Of a stretch of 64,000 bases of DNA, positions 41,227 through 50,586 are shown piece after piece; within the stretch, counting starts at the first letter, position 1, and each line of letters begins with the position of its first letter. The translations under genes and the position numbers were made by a program. The notes below the pieces were generated by a model that worked only from the letters and a program-made list of their open reading frames with translations, ran no database searches and was not told the DNA's origin. The stretch spans positions 7,979 through 71,978 of the forward strand of contig CACGYL010000003.1 of the NCBI GenBank assembly GCA_902577285.1, read 5' to 3'. Source of the stretch: an uncultured Pelagibacteraceae bacterium (lineage in GTDB: Bacteria; Pseudomonadota; Alphaproteobacteria; Pelagibacterales; Pelagibacteraceae).

Positions 41227-42378
41227 TTACAAAAGCTTCTTTTTGTGTGTCCATGGACCTTTTTTTGTTTTAGGTAAAAATTTTTCAAGATCAATAAGGA
41301 CTTTTTCAGACAATTTTCTGTAGGTGGTAAGTTTTCCTCCATAAATATTCAATAAAGGTAATTTTTTTATAATTTTTAAATCAAAAACATAATCTCTTGT
41401 GACTTTTGAGGCTGTTTTAAAATCTTCAATTAGAGGTCTTATCCCAGAATATGTATCTACGATGTCTTTTGATGTTATTTGTTTTTTTAAGTAATTATTT
41501 ACTGAACTAATTAAATATCTAATTTCTTTTTTTGATATTCCTTTATTATCAGGTGATTTCACCTCTTCTTCAGTAGTTCCAATTAAAGAAAACTTCCCTT
41601 TATAAGGTATTACAAATATTATTCTTTTATCAGTATTTTGAAATGTGAACGCAACATTTTCTTTGTACAATTTTTTTGTAATAATATGACTTCCTTTAAC
41701 CAATCTAATTTTTTTCTTAGATTTTATTTTTATATTTTTATTTAAGGTTTCATTTATCCATGGTCCAGATGCATTAATCAAAATTTTTGACTTTACTTTT
41801 TCACCATTTTCAAGACTAATAATCCATTCATTGCCAATAATTTCAGCTTTTTTAACTTTGTTGTATTCTAGTATTTTAGCGTTATTTCTTTTTGCATCTT
41901 TGGTATTTAATTTCGTTAATTTTTTATCGTCAATTTGTATGTCAAAATATTGGAAACCAGTTTTGTATTTTTCTTTAAGAATATTTGAAAATTTTTTTCT
42001 AAGATCAAATGTTTTTGATTTTGGTATATTACTTTTACCACCTAAATTATCGTACAAAAATAAACCAATTTTAATTAACCAAGCTGGTCGTATTTTATCT
42101 GCATAAGGAATTATAAAAGGAATAGGTTTTGAAATATGTTTAGCAATTTTATAAACAATTTCTCTTTCTCTCAAAGACTCTCTAACTAATTTGAATTCAT
42201 AATTTTCTAAATAACGTAGACCACCATGTATTAATTTCGTTGACCAGGATGAAGTTGCTCCACCAATCTCACCTTTGTCAGCTAAACAAACTGATAAGCC
42301 TCTACCTGCAGCATCCCTTGCAATACCAGCACCGTTTATACCGCCACCTATTATGAATAAATCGAATATTTTAGACAT
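41227..42378 (-). CDS. glpD: FAD-dependent glycerol-3-phosphate dehydrogenase, C-terminally shortened
   Basis: GGGINGAGIARDAAGRG, TSSWSTKLIHGGLRYLE, KGSHI, GGKLTTYR; only 383 aa. Confidence 0.88.
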   Translation of the reverse strand: MSKIFDLFIIGGGINGAGIARDAAGRGLSVCLADKGEIGGATSSWSTKLIHGGLRYLENYEFKLVRESLREREIVYKIAKHISKPIPFIIPYADKIRPAWLIKIGLFLYDNLGGKSNIPKSKTFDLRKKFSNILKEKYKTGFQYFDIQIDDKKLTKLNTKDAKRNNAKILEYNKVKKAEIIGNEWIISLENGEKVKSKILINASGPWINETLNKNIKIKSKKKIRLVKGSHIITKKLYKENVAFTFQNTDKRIIFVIPYKGKFSLIGTTEEEVKSPDNKGISKKEIRYLISSVNNYLKKQITSKDIVDTYSGIRPLIEDFKTASKVTRDYVFDLKIIKKLPLLNIYGGKLTTYRKLSEKVLIDLEKFLPKTKKGPWTHKKKLL

Positions 42379-42441
42379 TTAAATTATGATTTGTTTTAAA
42401 ATATACAACCTCTTTTAGAAATATTATATATTTTTACATTT

Positions 42442-42486
42442 AAGTAATCAAAATTTAACGATACTTTAACATAAATAATTTATCAT
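42442..42486 (+). promoter_or_regulatory. Pho box plus -10 upstream of ugpB
   Basis: AAGTAAT-caaa-ATTTAAC-gata-CTTTAAC, then exactly 10 nt, then TATCAT (42481). Confidence 0.65.
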
Positions 42487-42518
42487 TAACAAAATCATAA
42501 ATTAACAAAAGAGGTAAA

Positions 42519-43826
42519 ATGAAAAAAATATTGAGTGTTTTAACAATTCTATTTACTTTCTCTTTTACATCACACAGTTATTCAAAAACAGAAATTCATT
42601 GGTGGTATGGAAATAGTGGATTTCTTGGTGATGTAATTATTGAAATTGCAAATAGATTTAATGCTTCACAAGATGAATACACCGTCATTCCTACAGGTAA
42701 AGGAAGTTATGAAGATAACATGGCGGCAACTATAGCTGCATTTAGAGCGGGAGACCAACCACATTATTCACAGGTTTACGATGCTGGTGCTGCAATTATG
42801 GTAGCCCAAGTTAAAAATGGCGTTGTTATTGGCTTTGAAGATATGGCTGAGAAATATGGAATTAAAGTAGATGCAGATAATTATATTCCTGGAATTAAAA
42901 ACTTCTATGCTGACTCTGATGGAAAAATGATAGGTGTTCCTTTTAATAGTTCAACTTGCTTAATGTATGCAAATATGGACATATTGAAAGAAGTAGGAAT
43001 AGAATCAGTTCCAAAAACTTATGAAGAATTTGAGGCTATGGCTCCAAAAATTAAAGCTGCTGGATATATTCCTTTAGTTCAAAGTCACTTTCCATGGATC
43101 TGGACAGAAAATTTCTTTTCAAGACATAATCTACTTATGACAGATGGAAACAATGGTTACGATGCTGTTCCGACAAAAACTTTATTTGCTGAAACAGATG
43201 CATTTGTTTATCATTGGAAAAAAGTAAAAGAATGGTACGAAAAAGGTCTCTACGGTTATAAAGGAAGAGCATGGGGAGATAATCAAGCACCATTTATAGC
43301 AGGTGAGGCTGCTTTTTGGTTTGGATCTGCTGCATCATTTGGTGGAATGAAAGGTGTTGTTCCAAATTTTACAGTTAATCATATTCCTTATTGGGATTCA
43401 GTAACTGGTGGCAAAGAGTATCCAACATTTATTGGTGGCGCAGCAAACTGGATCTTAAATGGTCATACAGAAGAAGAGTATAAAGGACTTGCTAAATTCA
43501 TAGAATTTATGGGTTCTCCTGAAATGGATTTATACTATCACAACATGACAGGTTATTCTGCTGTAACTAAAGGTGGTATAGAATTAGCTGAAACTATAAA
43601 CTTTTATAGAGCTTCTCCATATCACAAAGCTGTTGGTGAACAATTAAGCTTAGAAGGTTCAACTATTCCTGGTGGATATAGAGCTGGTAACTGGCCTCAA
43701 ATTCGTGAAGTAATTTACGAAAATGTTGAGCCAATGTTAAATGGCAAAATATCAATCGAAAAAGGATTAAAGAACATGGATAAGGGTGCAGCTAAATTGT
43801 TAAAACAATTTGCTAAGACTCTTTAA
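42519..43826 (+). CDS. ugpB: UgpB-like glycerol-3-phosphate/glycerophosphodiester ABC binding protein
   Basis: Signal peptide, KGSYED, IAAFRAG, QVYDAG, PFNSST, IGGA; cluster with glpD and glpQ. Confidence 0.82.
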   Translation: MKKILSVLTILFTFSFTSHSYSKTEIHWWYGNSGFLGDVIIEIANRFNASQDEYTVIPTGKGSYEDNMAATIAAFRAGDQPHYSQVYDAGAAIMVAQVKNGVVIGFEDMAEKYGIKVDADNYIPGIKNFYADSDGKMIGVPFNSSTCLMYANMDILKEVGIESVPKTYEEFEAMAPKIKAAGYIPLVQSHFPWIWTENFFSRHNLLMTDGNNGYDAVPTKTLFAETDAFVYHWKKVKEWYEKGLYGYKGRAWGDNQAPFIAGEAAFWFGSAASFGGMKGVVPNFTVNHIPYWDSVTGGKEYPTFIGGAANWILNGHTEEEYKGLAKFIEFMGSPEMDLYYHNMTGYSAVTKGGIELAETINFYRASPYHKAVGEQLSLEGSTIPGGYRAGNWPQIREVIYENVEPMLNGKISIEKGLKNMDKGAAKLLKQFAKTL

Positions 43827-43840
43827 AAAATAATATAAAT

Positions 43841-43866
43841 TAGGAGGGTATTAATATACCCTCCTA
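43841..43866 (+). terminator. Hairpin between ugpB and ugpA
   Basis: TAGGAGGGTAT-taat-ATACCCTCCTA followed by TTTATTTT. Confidence 0.75.
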
Positions 43867-43874
43867 TTTATTTT

Positions 43875-44753
43875 ATGAAAAAAGTTCAGTTTAAATCAAA
43901 CTATTCACAGTATTTTTTTTTAGCACCACAGCTAGGTATTTTATTAATATTTTTATATTGGCCAATAATACAAACTTTTAGAGATGCATTTACCATGCAA
44001 GATGCATTTGGATTTGGAAGACAATTTGTATGGTTTGATAATTTTTTATTTATTTTTGATGACCCGGCTTATTTAATAGCTTTTAAGTTTACTATTATTT
44101 ATAGCTTTGTGATTACACTTGTTACAGGAGCCATTGGATTGTTACTTGCTGTACAAGCCAATAATGTAATGCATGGAAAAAGTGCCTACAAAACTCTTTT
44201 GATTTGGCCTTATGCTATTGCGCCAGCGGTGGTGGGTGTTATGGCAAATTATTTTTTTAGTGAAAGATTTGGATTATTGTATCATCTATTTAACGATTTA
44301 TGGGGTTTTAATTGGTATGAAAGTGTTTTTGATTCTTATATCTACTTAATAATAGCAGGATCATGGAAACAAATAAGTGCTAATTTTATTTTCTTCTTAG
44401 CCGGTCTTCAAGCAATACAAAAATCTGTTATTGAAGCATCCATAATTGATTGTAAAAGTAGTTTAAGAAGATTTTGGACAATCACTTTCCCTCTATTGAT
44501 GCCCACAACTTTCTTTTTAATCATTATCAATATAACTTATGCTTTTTTTGATACTTTTGGAATAATTGACACTACAACAATTGGTGCACCCTCAGGTGAA
44601 ACAAGAACTCTTGTTTATAAAGCATACATGGACGGATTTAGGGGGTTAGACTTAGGAAGTGCTGGTGCTCAATCAATTATGATGATGTTGATTGTTTTAG
44701 TTATTACAATTTTTCAATTTAGATACATAGAAGGGAAAATACATTACAATTAA
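43875..44753 (+). CDS. ugpA: UgpA-like ABC permease
   Basis: LAPQL, KTLLIWPYAIAP, RRFWTITFPLL, TLVYK. Confidence 0.88.
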   Translation: MKKVQFKSNYSQYFFLAPQLGILLIFLYWPIIQTFRDAFTMQDAFGFGRQFVWFDNFLFIFDDPAYLIAFKFTIIYSFVITLVTGAIGLLLAVQANNVMHGKSAYKTLLIWPYAIAPAVVGVMANYFFSERFGLLYHLFNDLWGFNWYESVFDSYIYLIIAGSWKQISANFIFFLAGLQAIQKSVIEASIIDCKSSLRRFWTITFPLLMPTTFFLIIINITYAFFDTFGIIDTTTIGAPSGETRTLVYKAYMDGFRGLDLGSAGAQSIMMMLIVLVITIFQFRYIEGKIHYN

Positions 44754-44754
44754 A

Positions 44755-45576
44755 ATGATTAGATATTTTTCATCAAACTTTTCTCATTTAATTCTTTTGA
44801 TAGGCATTTTTATTATGATAATTCCTGTTTGGTTAATTTTTGCAAGCTCAACTCATACAGCTTCGATAATTAATACCCAAGGTCTTCAATTTTTTTTAGG
44901 AGATAAGTTTTTAGAGAATTATACAAAAGTTTTATTATATGAAGGTGGTTTTTTTAAAGAAATTACTGCATTAAAGATGTTTTTAAATAGTTTTTTAATG
45001 GCAACTGGAGTTGCGTTTTTATCAGTTATTTCATCTCTTATGACTGCATATGTCTTAGTTTATTTTAGAGTGAAATATGCAACATTATTATTTTGGATAA
45101 TTTTTATTACTATACTAGTCCCTCTGGAGTTAAGAATTTTTCCTACCTATTCTGTTATGTCTACACTTAACTTAGTAAACTCATATTGGGGACTAATTAT
45201 TCCAATTTCAGCTTCTGCTATAGCTACTTTATTTTTTAGGCAGTTTTATAAAACTATACCTGATGAATTACTTGAATCAGCAAAATTGGATGGTGCAAAT
45301 ACTTGGAGATTTTTTATTGACTTTTTAGTGCCATTGTCAAAAACAATGATTGTTGCAATGTTCATATTTATGTTTGTATTCGGTTATAATCAATATTTAT
45401 GGCCGATATTAGTAACTTCTTCTGAACAATATTGGACTGTTGTCATGGGATTAAAGATGATGTCTGGATCAATTGTTAACAAATTTGCATTTGTTATCAT
45501 GTCAATGATACCACCAGTATTAATTATAATTGTATTACAAAAATATTTTATTAAAGGGATCTTTCAAGACAAATGA
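44755..45576 (+). CDS. ugpE: UgpE-like ABC permease, copy 1
   Basis: RIFPTY, ASAIATLFFRQF, PDELLESAKLDGA, NQYLWP. Confidence 0.85.
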   Translation: MIRYFSSNFSHLILLIGIFIMIIPVWLIFASSTHTASIINTQGLQFFLGDKFLENYTKVLLYEGGFFKEITALKMFLNSFLMATGVAFLSVISSLMTAYVLVYFRVKYATLLFWIIFITILVPLELRIFPTYSVMSTLNLVNSYWGLIIPISASAIATLFFRQFYKTIPDELLESAKLDGANTWRFFIDFLVPLSKTMIVAMFIFMFVFGYNQYLWPILVTSSEQYWTVVMGLKMMSGSIVNKFAFVIMSMIPPVLIIIVLQKYFIKGIFQDK

Positions 45577-46105
45577 AAATTAAATTATCACAAATTTTAG
45601 CACACATTGTACTTATACTAGGTGTTTTATTAATGGTAATTCCGATTTGGTTATCATTTGCTAGCTCTACCCACGATACTGTAACTATTTTAAAAGAGGG
45701 AATGAAATTTGGTCTTGGCGATCAATTAATAAGAAATTATAACGAAGTTTTAAATGAGAAGGGTGGTTGGTCAGAGGAAGTGACTGCTGCAAAAATGTTT
45801 ATAAATAGCTTTATAATGGCTTTGGGAATTGCAACCCTTAAAGTAATTATCTCAGCAATGTCAGCTTATGCTTTAGTTTATTTTAGATTCAAATTAGCTG
45901 TACCAATTTTTTGGTTAATCTTTATTACTTTACTTGTGCCTCTGGAGGTTAGGATTTTTCCAAGTTATAAGATTGTATCAGATTTAGGTTTAACTAATTC
46001 ATACACAGGTCTTGTTCTTCCATTGGTTGCATCAGCCACCGCTACCTTTTTTTTTAGACAGTTTTATAAAACTATACCTGATGAATTACTTGAATCAGCA
46101 AAATT
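45241..46105 (+). repeat. 47-bp exact direct repeat shared by the two ugpE paralogues (45241-45287 and 46059-46105)
   Basis: CAGTTTTATAAAACTATACCTGATGAATTACTTGAATCAGCAAAATT is present in both copies, with near-identity continuing downstream. Confidence 0.9.
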
Positions 46106-46424
46106 AGATGGTGCAAATAGTTGGAGATTTTTTATAGATTTTTTAGTTCCATTATCTAAAACAATGATTGCAGCGATGTTTATATTCATGTTTGTATACG
46201 GATATAGTCAATATTTATGGCCGTTAATAATGACTACGAGTGAGGAATATTGGACTGTAGTAATGGGAATGAAAATTATATTTACTGAAAGTTATGAGGG
46301 AGTTGCTTTACCAAGAACAGCAGAGAGATTTGCTTATATTATTTTATCAATGATCCCCCCAGTTTTAGTGGTAGTATTTTTGCAAAAATGGTTCATAAAA
46401 GGATTAATTCAAACAGAGAAATAA
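45573..46424 (+). CDS. ugpE: UgpE-like ABC permease, copy 2
   Basis: VRIFPSY, ASATATFFFRQF, PDELLESAKLDGA, QKWFIKGL. Confidence 0.88.
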   Translation: MKIKLSQILAHIVLILGVLLMVIPIWLSFASSTHDTVTILKEGMKFGLGDQLIRNYNEVLNEKGGWSEEVTAAKMFINSFIMALGIATLKVIISAMSAYALVYFRFKLAVPIFWLIFITLLVPLEVRIFPSYKIVSDLGLTNSYTGLVLPLVASATATFFFRQFYKTIPDELLESAKLDGANSWRFFIDFLVPLSKTMIAAMFIFMFVYGYSQYLWPLIMTTSEEYWTVVMGMKIIFTESYEGVALPRTAERFAYIILSMIPPVLVVVFLQKWFIKGLIQTEK

Positions 46425-47477
46425 ATGAGTTTTTTAGAATTAAAAAAAGTTACTAAAATCTATCCAAACGGAACTAAAGCTGTTCATGAGACAAGTATGA
46501 ATGTAGAAAATGGTGAATTCATGGTTTTTGTTGGACCGAGCGGATGTGGAAAATCTACTCTTTTAAGAATGATTGCTGGGTTAGAAGACATAACTGAAGG
46601 TAATATAAATCTTGATGGAATATTAATTAATAAAGTTGACCCTTCAGAGAGAGATGTTGCGATGGTTTTTCAGAATTATGCACTCTATCCTCACATGAAT
46701 GTTTACAACAATTTGGCTTACGGATTAAAAAATAGAGGTATTTCAAAAGAAGATATTGAAAAAAAAGTTAATGAGGCAGCAAAGCTATTACAAATTTCTG
46801 AATACTTGCAAAGAAAACCATCCATGTTGTCAGGAGGTCAAAGGCAGAGAGTTGCTATGGGAAGAGCTATTGTCAGAAGTCCTAAAATATTTTTATTTGA
46901 TGAGCCATTATCTAATTTAGATGCAAAACTAAGAATACAAATGAGGCTTGAAATAAAAAAACTTCAGCAAAAAGTTGGAGTGACAAGTATATTTGTAACT
47001 CATGACCAAGTAGAAGCTATGACCTTAGCTGATAGACTGGCAGTAATAAATAATGGCCTTATTGAGCAGCTTGGAACACCGATAGAAATTTATAATAATC
47101 CTAAATCTATGTTTGTCGCAGGATTTATAGGTTCGCCACAGATGAATTTTCTTGAAGGAGAATTAAAAAATAAAACTCTTACTTCAGAAGGTTTTGAAAT
47201 TAATAATGTTACAAGTGATTTTAATGGACCAGTTATATTAGGAATTAGACCAGAGCATATGTCGCAAACTGATAAAGGTTTAATAAATTTATCTGTAGAT
47301 CTGGTAGAACAATTAGGTTCAGATAATTTGATTTATGGAGAAATAAAAAATAAAAAAGATTTTTGTTTTAGATGTCCTGGAAGTCAAATTATTAAAAAAG
47401 GAAGTAAATTATCTTTGAACATAAATGATAACAATTATTATGTTTTTGATAAATCTAATGGTAATCGAGTAAATTAA
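46425..47477 (+). CDS. ugpC: UgpC-like ABC ATP-binding protein
   Basis: [37 protein letters not shown]. Confidence 0.92.
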   Translation: MSFLELKKVTKIYPNGTKAVHETSMNVENGEFMVFVGPSGCGKSTLLRMIAGLEDITEGNINLDGILINKVDPSERDVAMVFQNYALYPHMNVYNNLAYGLKNRGISKEDIEKKVNEAAKLLQISEYLQRKPSMLSGGQRQRVAMGRAIVRSPKIFLFDEPLSNLDAKLRIQMRLEIKKLQQKVGVTSIFVTHDQVEAMTLADRLAVINNGLIEQLGTPIEIYNNPKSMFVAGFIGSPQMNFLEGELKNKTLTSEGFEINNVTSDFNGPVILGIRPEHMSQTDKGLINLSVDLVEQLGSDNLIYGEIKNKKDFCFRCPGSQIIKKGSKLSLNINDNNYYVFDKSNGNRVN

Positions 47478-47479
47478 TT

Positions 47480-48403
47480 TTGATTTTATCAAAGCCAAAT
47501 TATATTAAAATTTACGGCCATAGAGGCGCTAGAGGAGATCTTCCTGAAAATACTCTAGAAAGTTTTAAATATTTATTTAAAAACAATATTAATGCATACG
47601 AAACAGATATTTTGATTTCCAAAGATCTTATTCCTGTGATTACACATGACTTTAGATTAGATCCAAGTTTTACAAAAGATAATGAGGGAAATTGGATAAC
47701 GGATGAAAATATAATAATATTTGACTTAAGTTACGATGAGCTTTTAAAATTTGATGTTGGGGCTTTAAATAAATTATCTAGATATGGAAGAAGATTTGTT
47801 AATCAAAAAACTTTAGAAAATCAAAAGATACCAAAACTTTCTGAGTTATTAGAATTATCTTCAAAAAACAAATCTGAAAATTTATTAATAAATTTAGAAA
47901 TTAAATCTACACCTGACGAGGAAAATTTAACTCCAACCCCAGAGGAAATGGTAAAACTTGTTATGCAAGAAGTAAATAAATCAAATTTACAAAATAAAAT
48001 AATCATTTCTTCATTTGATTGGAGAACACTGACAGAAATCAAAAATCATTACCCTGAAATTTCAAGAGCTTATTTAAGTTTTCAACAACAGACAGGAATT
48101 AAAATTAAAAATACAATTTACAATAGATCTCCATGGATGAGTTTCTTACCTTTTTTTGAAAAATATGAGTTACCAAAAATTATAAAATCACAAGGTGGAA
48201 AGGCTTGGCATCCATACCATAAAGATATTACAAAAAAACTAGTAGAAATTTCTCATCAGGAAGATTTGCCAGTGAACGTTTGGACAGTTAATGAAGAGTA
48301 CGATATGTTAAAAATGATTGAGTATAGTGTAGATGGTATCATTACAGACTATCCATTAAGGCTGAAAGAACTTTGTGATAAAGAAAATATAAACTGGTTT
48401 TAG
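47480..48403 (+). CDS. glpQ: Glycerophosphodiester phosphodiesterase (GDPD)
   Basis: GHRGARG, PENT, ETD, THD, NLEIK, SSFD, WTVN, GIITDYP; TTG start. Confidence 0.92.
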   Translation: MILSKPNYIKIYGHRGARGDLPENTLESFKYLFKNNINAYETDILISKDLIPVITHDFRLDPSFTKDNEGNWITDENIIIFDLSYDELLKFDVGALNKLSRYGRRFVNQKTLENQKIPKLSELLELSSKNKSENLLINLEIKSTPDEENLTPTPEEMVKLVMQEVNKSNLQNKIIISSFDWRTLTEIKNHYPEISRAYLSFQQQTGIKIKNTIYNRSPWMSFLPFFEKYELPKIIKSQGGKAWHPYHKDITKKLVEISHQEDLPVNVWTVNEEYDMLKMIEYSVDGIITDYPLRLKELCDKENINWF

Positions 48404-48412
48404 TTTATTTTA

Positions 48413-49132
48413 ATGGATTTAAATATAGTTAATAACCAAGAGCAATTTTTAGCAGGTAAACTTAGAGGGTATACTTTAAAAGGTGCAGAAAATAAATTTG
48501 ACGATAAAGGAAAACCTTTACCATTTCCAGGGTGCACAATAATTTGTAATATTCCTCTTAATACATATTTATCTGATCAAATTATTGGTTTTCAAAAAAA
48601 TTTAGAAAATTTTAATCCTGAAAAAACTTATTCCTATTTACCTCCATCTAGTTTTCATATGACATTATTTGACTGTTGTAATTTAAATACAAAAAATACT
48701 TGTTATTGGCCAACAGATATAGATCTTGATATGGATTACAAAGATATAGCTATTCAATTAAATAAAAGAATTGAAAACTATAATTTTCCAAAAGAAATCA
48801 ATTTAAAAATAAAAACATTTTTTGGTGGCTACAGCATTGTTTTAGAACCCTTTTCCGAGGAGGACGAAAAAATTTTAAGAAATTGTAGAGATGAACTAAG
48901 TGATTTATTGAAAATTAAATTTGAAAATCATCAAAGATATACTTTCCATGTTACATTAGCTTATATTTTGAGACAACTTAATGAAACTGAAATAAAAAAT
49001 TTAACTAAATTTAATAAACAATTATCCTCTGATTTTAATAAAAAAATTCCAAAAATTACTTTCACAAAACCTGAAATGTGTACCTTTAAAAACATGCTGG
49101 AGTTTGAAAGTATTAATCCTTCTAGCCTGTAA
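48413..49132 (+). CDS. 2H phosphoesterase superfamily protein (DUF1868-like)
   Basis: Two HxT motifs, SSFHMTLF and YTFHVTLAY, plus KF..GKPLPFPGCTIIC N-terminus. Confidence 0.8.
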   Translation: MDLNIVNNQEQFLAGKLRGYTLKGAENKFDDKGKPLPFPGCTIICNIPLNTYLSDQIIGFQKNLENFNPEKTYSYLPPSSFHMTLFDCCNLNTKNTCYWPTDIDLDMDYKDIAIQLNKRIENYNFPKEINLKIKTFFGGYSIVLEPFSEEDEKILRNCRDELSDLLKIKFENHQRYTFHVTLAYILRQLNETEIKNLTKFNKQLSSDFNKKIPKITFTKPEMCTFKNMLEFESINPSSL

Positions 49133-49208
49133 TAGTTTTAACTTATAGATATTCTTCATTATTATTTTAATTTTTGATTTTCAATAAATTTTTTAAAAAC
49201 TGATTTAG

Positions 49209-49241
49209 AAAATTGACCTTAAATCTTATAGGTTCAATTTT
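49209..49241. terminator. Imperfect inverted repeat between convergent ugp and ars operons
   Basis: AAAATTGACCT-N10-AGGTTCAATTTT. Confidence 0.45.
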
Positions 49242-49242
49242 T

Positions 49243-49920
49243 CTACGAGATAGTTTTATCTCTTGTCCTGTTATTGAAAAGTATTTTTTTAGCCACAAAT
49301 ACAGCAAAAAGTGCACCGATAATTTCTGCTAATATATAAACTGGAGTATGCATATAATTAATTCCAGTAAAACTTTCTGTAAATGTTCTTGCTATTGCCA
49401 CAGCAGGATTTGCGAATGATGTAGACGATGTAAACCAATAACCAGCAGTGATATAGAAGGCTACACATGAGGCAACTACCACACTTCCTTTCTTTAAAGA
49501 TCCAAAAATTATGAGAATTAATCCAAATGTTGCTACAATTTCAGATGTAAATATATGTACTCCGTCCCTTGATTTTGTTGATAATTCAAAAATTTGATGT
49601 TCAAAAAAGAAATTGGCGAGTGCTACACCTAACAAACAACCTAAAATTTGTGCAGATATATATGTAGGTAATAAATTTCCTTTTAATTTTTTTGTAAGAA
49701 ACATTGCTAGACTTACAAATGGATTAAAATGTGCTCCTGAAACATCACTAAAAACAGTTATTAGCACAAAAAGTCCTGCGCCAGTTGCTATCGTATTGGC
49801 TAAAAGCATAATACCCGTATCATCTGTAAGATTTTCAGCCATTATTCCTGAGCCAACAATAATCATTACAAGGAAACAACTACCAATAAATTCTCCAAGA
49901 AAAAACTTACTATATTTCAT
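49243..49920 (-). CDS. aqpS: MIP/aquaglyceroporin of the ars-associated AqpS type (arsenite channel)
   Basis: SGAHFNPF and WFTSSTSFANPAVAIAR; coupled to arsC. Confidence 0.8.
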   Translation of the reverse strand: MKYSKFFLGEFIGSCFLVMIIVGSGIMAENLTDDTGIMLLANTIATGAGLFVLITVFSDVSGAHFNPFVSLAMFLTKKLKGNLLPTYISAQILGCLLGVALANFFFEHQIFELSTKSRDGVHIFTSEIVATFGLILIIFGSLKKGSVVVASCVAFYITAGYWFTSSTSFANPAVAIARTFTESFTGINYMHTPVYILAEIIGALFAVFVAKKILFNNRTRDKTIS

Positions 49921-50344
49921 TGTTAATCCAATTTTCTATTTTCTTAAATATTGTTTGATATGTATCATTAAATACTTTTTTTTGATTTGTTGTATCAGTA
50001 TCTAAATTAAATTTTTTTACTGGATCTTCAATATCCCAATGAATAATTTGATTTTTATCAGGCCAAATAGGACACACTTCATTGTTAGCATTGTTACACA
50101 CCGTAATTACATAATCTAATTTAATATCTGAGTTAATAAAAGTATCAAAATTTTTTGAACTGTAATTTGACAAATCAAATTTCTTTTCTTTTAAAAATTT
50201 TTCTATAATTGGATTAATTTGTCCTGAAGGATTACTACCTGCGCTATAACCAATAAATTTATCATAATATAAGTTATTAATAATACTCTCAGCTATAATA
50301 CTTCTTGCTGAATTCCCTGTGCAGACAAATAAAACTCTTTTCAT
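49910..50344 (-). CDS. arsC: Arsenate reductase, LMW-PTP/thioredoxin type
   Basis: P-loop CTGNSARS, resolving pair TVC-x6-VCP, HWDIEDP. Confidence 0.9.
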   Translation of the reverse strand: MKRVLFVCTGNSARSIIAESIINNLYYDKFIGYSAGSNPSGQINPIIEKFLKEKKFDLSNYSSKNFDTFINSDIKLDYVITVCNNANNEVCPIWPDKNQIIHWDIEDPVKKFNLDTDTTNQKKVFNDTYQTIFKKIENWINNEI

Positions 50345-50565
50345 TAGAATATCACTTTATAAATTCCAATTACAAAAAGAGGTATTTGTAATCCAAAATT
50401 TGTTAAAATAGCCTTATCTTTTGAAATAAATCCAGCTATAGTCCACCCCACAACACCCAGTCCATGAAAATAAATATTTATAGGGTAGATATTAAGATTA
50501 GTAAGTAAAATTCCAGTTAAGACTAAAAATGTACTTATCCATTTTAGATATTTTTTTATAAACAT
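50344..50565 (-). CDS. Small three-helix membrane protein (DUF6552-like)
   Basis: KWISTFLVL..NIYPINI..GVVGW..DKAIL; AAGGAG SD 5 nt before ATG 50565; stop overlaps the arsC start. Confidence 0.75.
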   Translation of the reverse strand: MFIKKYLKWISTFLVLTGILLTNLNIYPINIYFHGLGVVGWTIAGFISKDKAILTNFGLQIPLFVIGIYKVIF

Positions 50566-50586
50566 AATCACTCCTTGATTTTGTTT

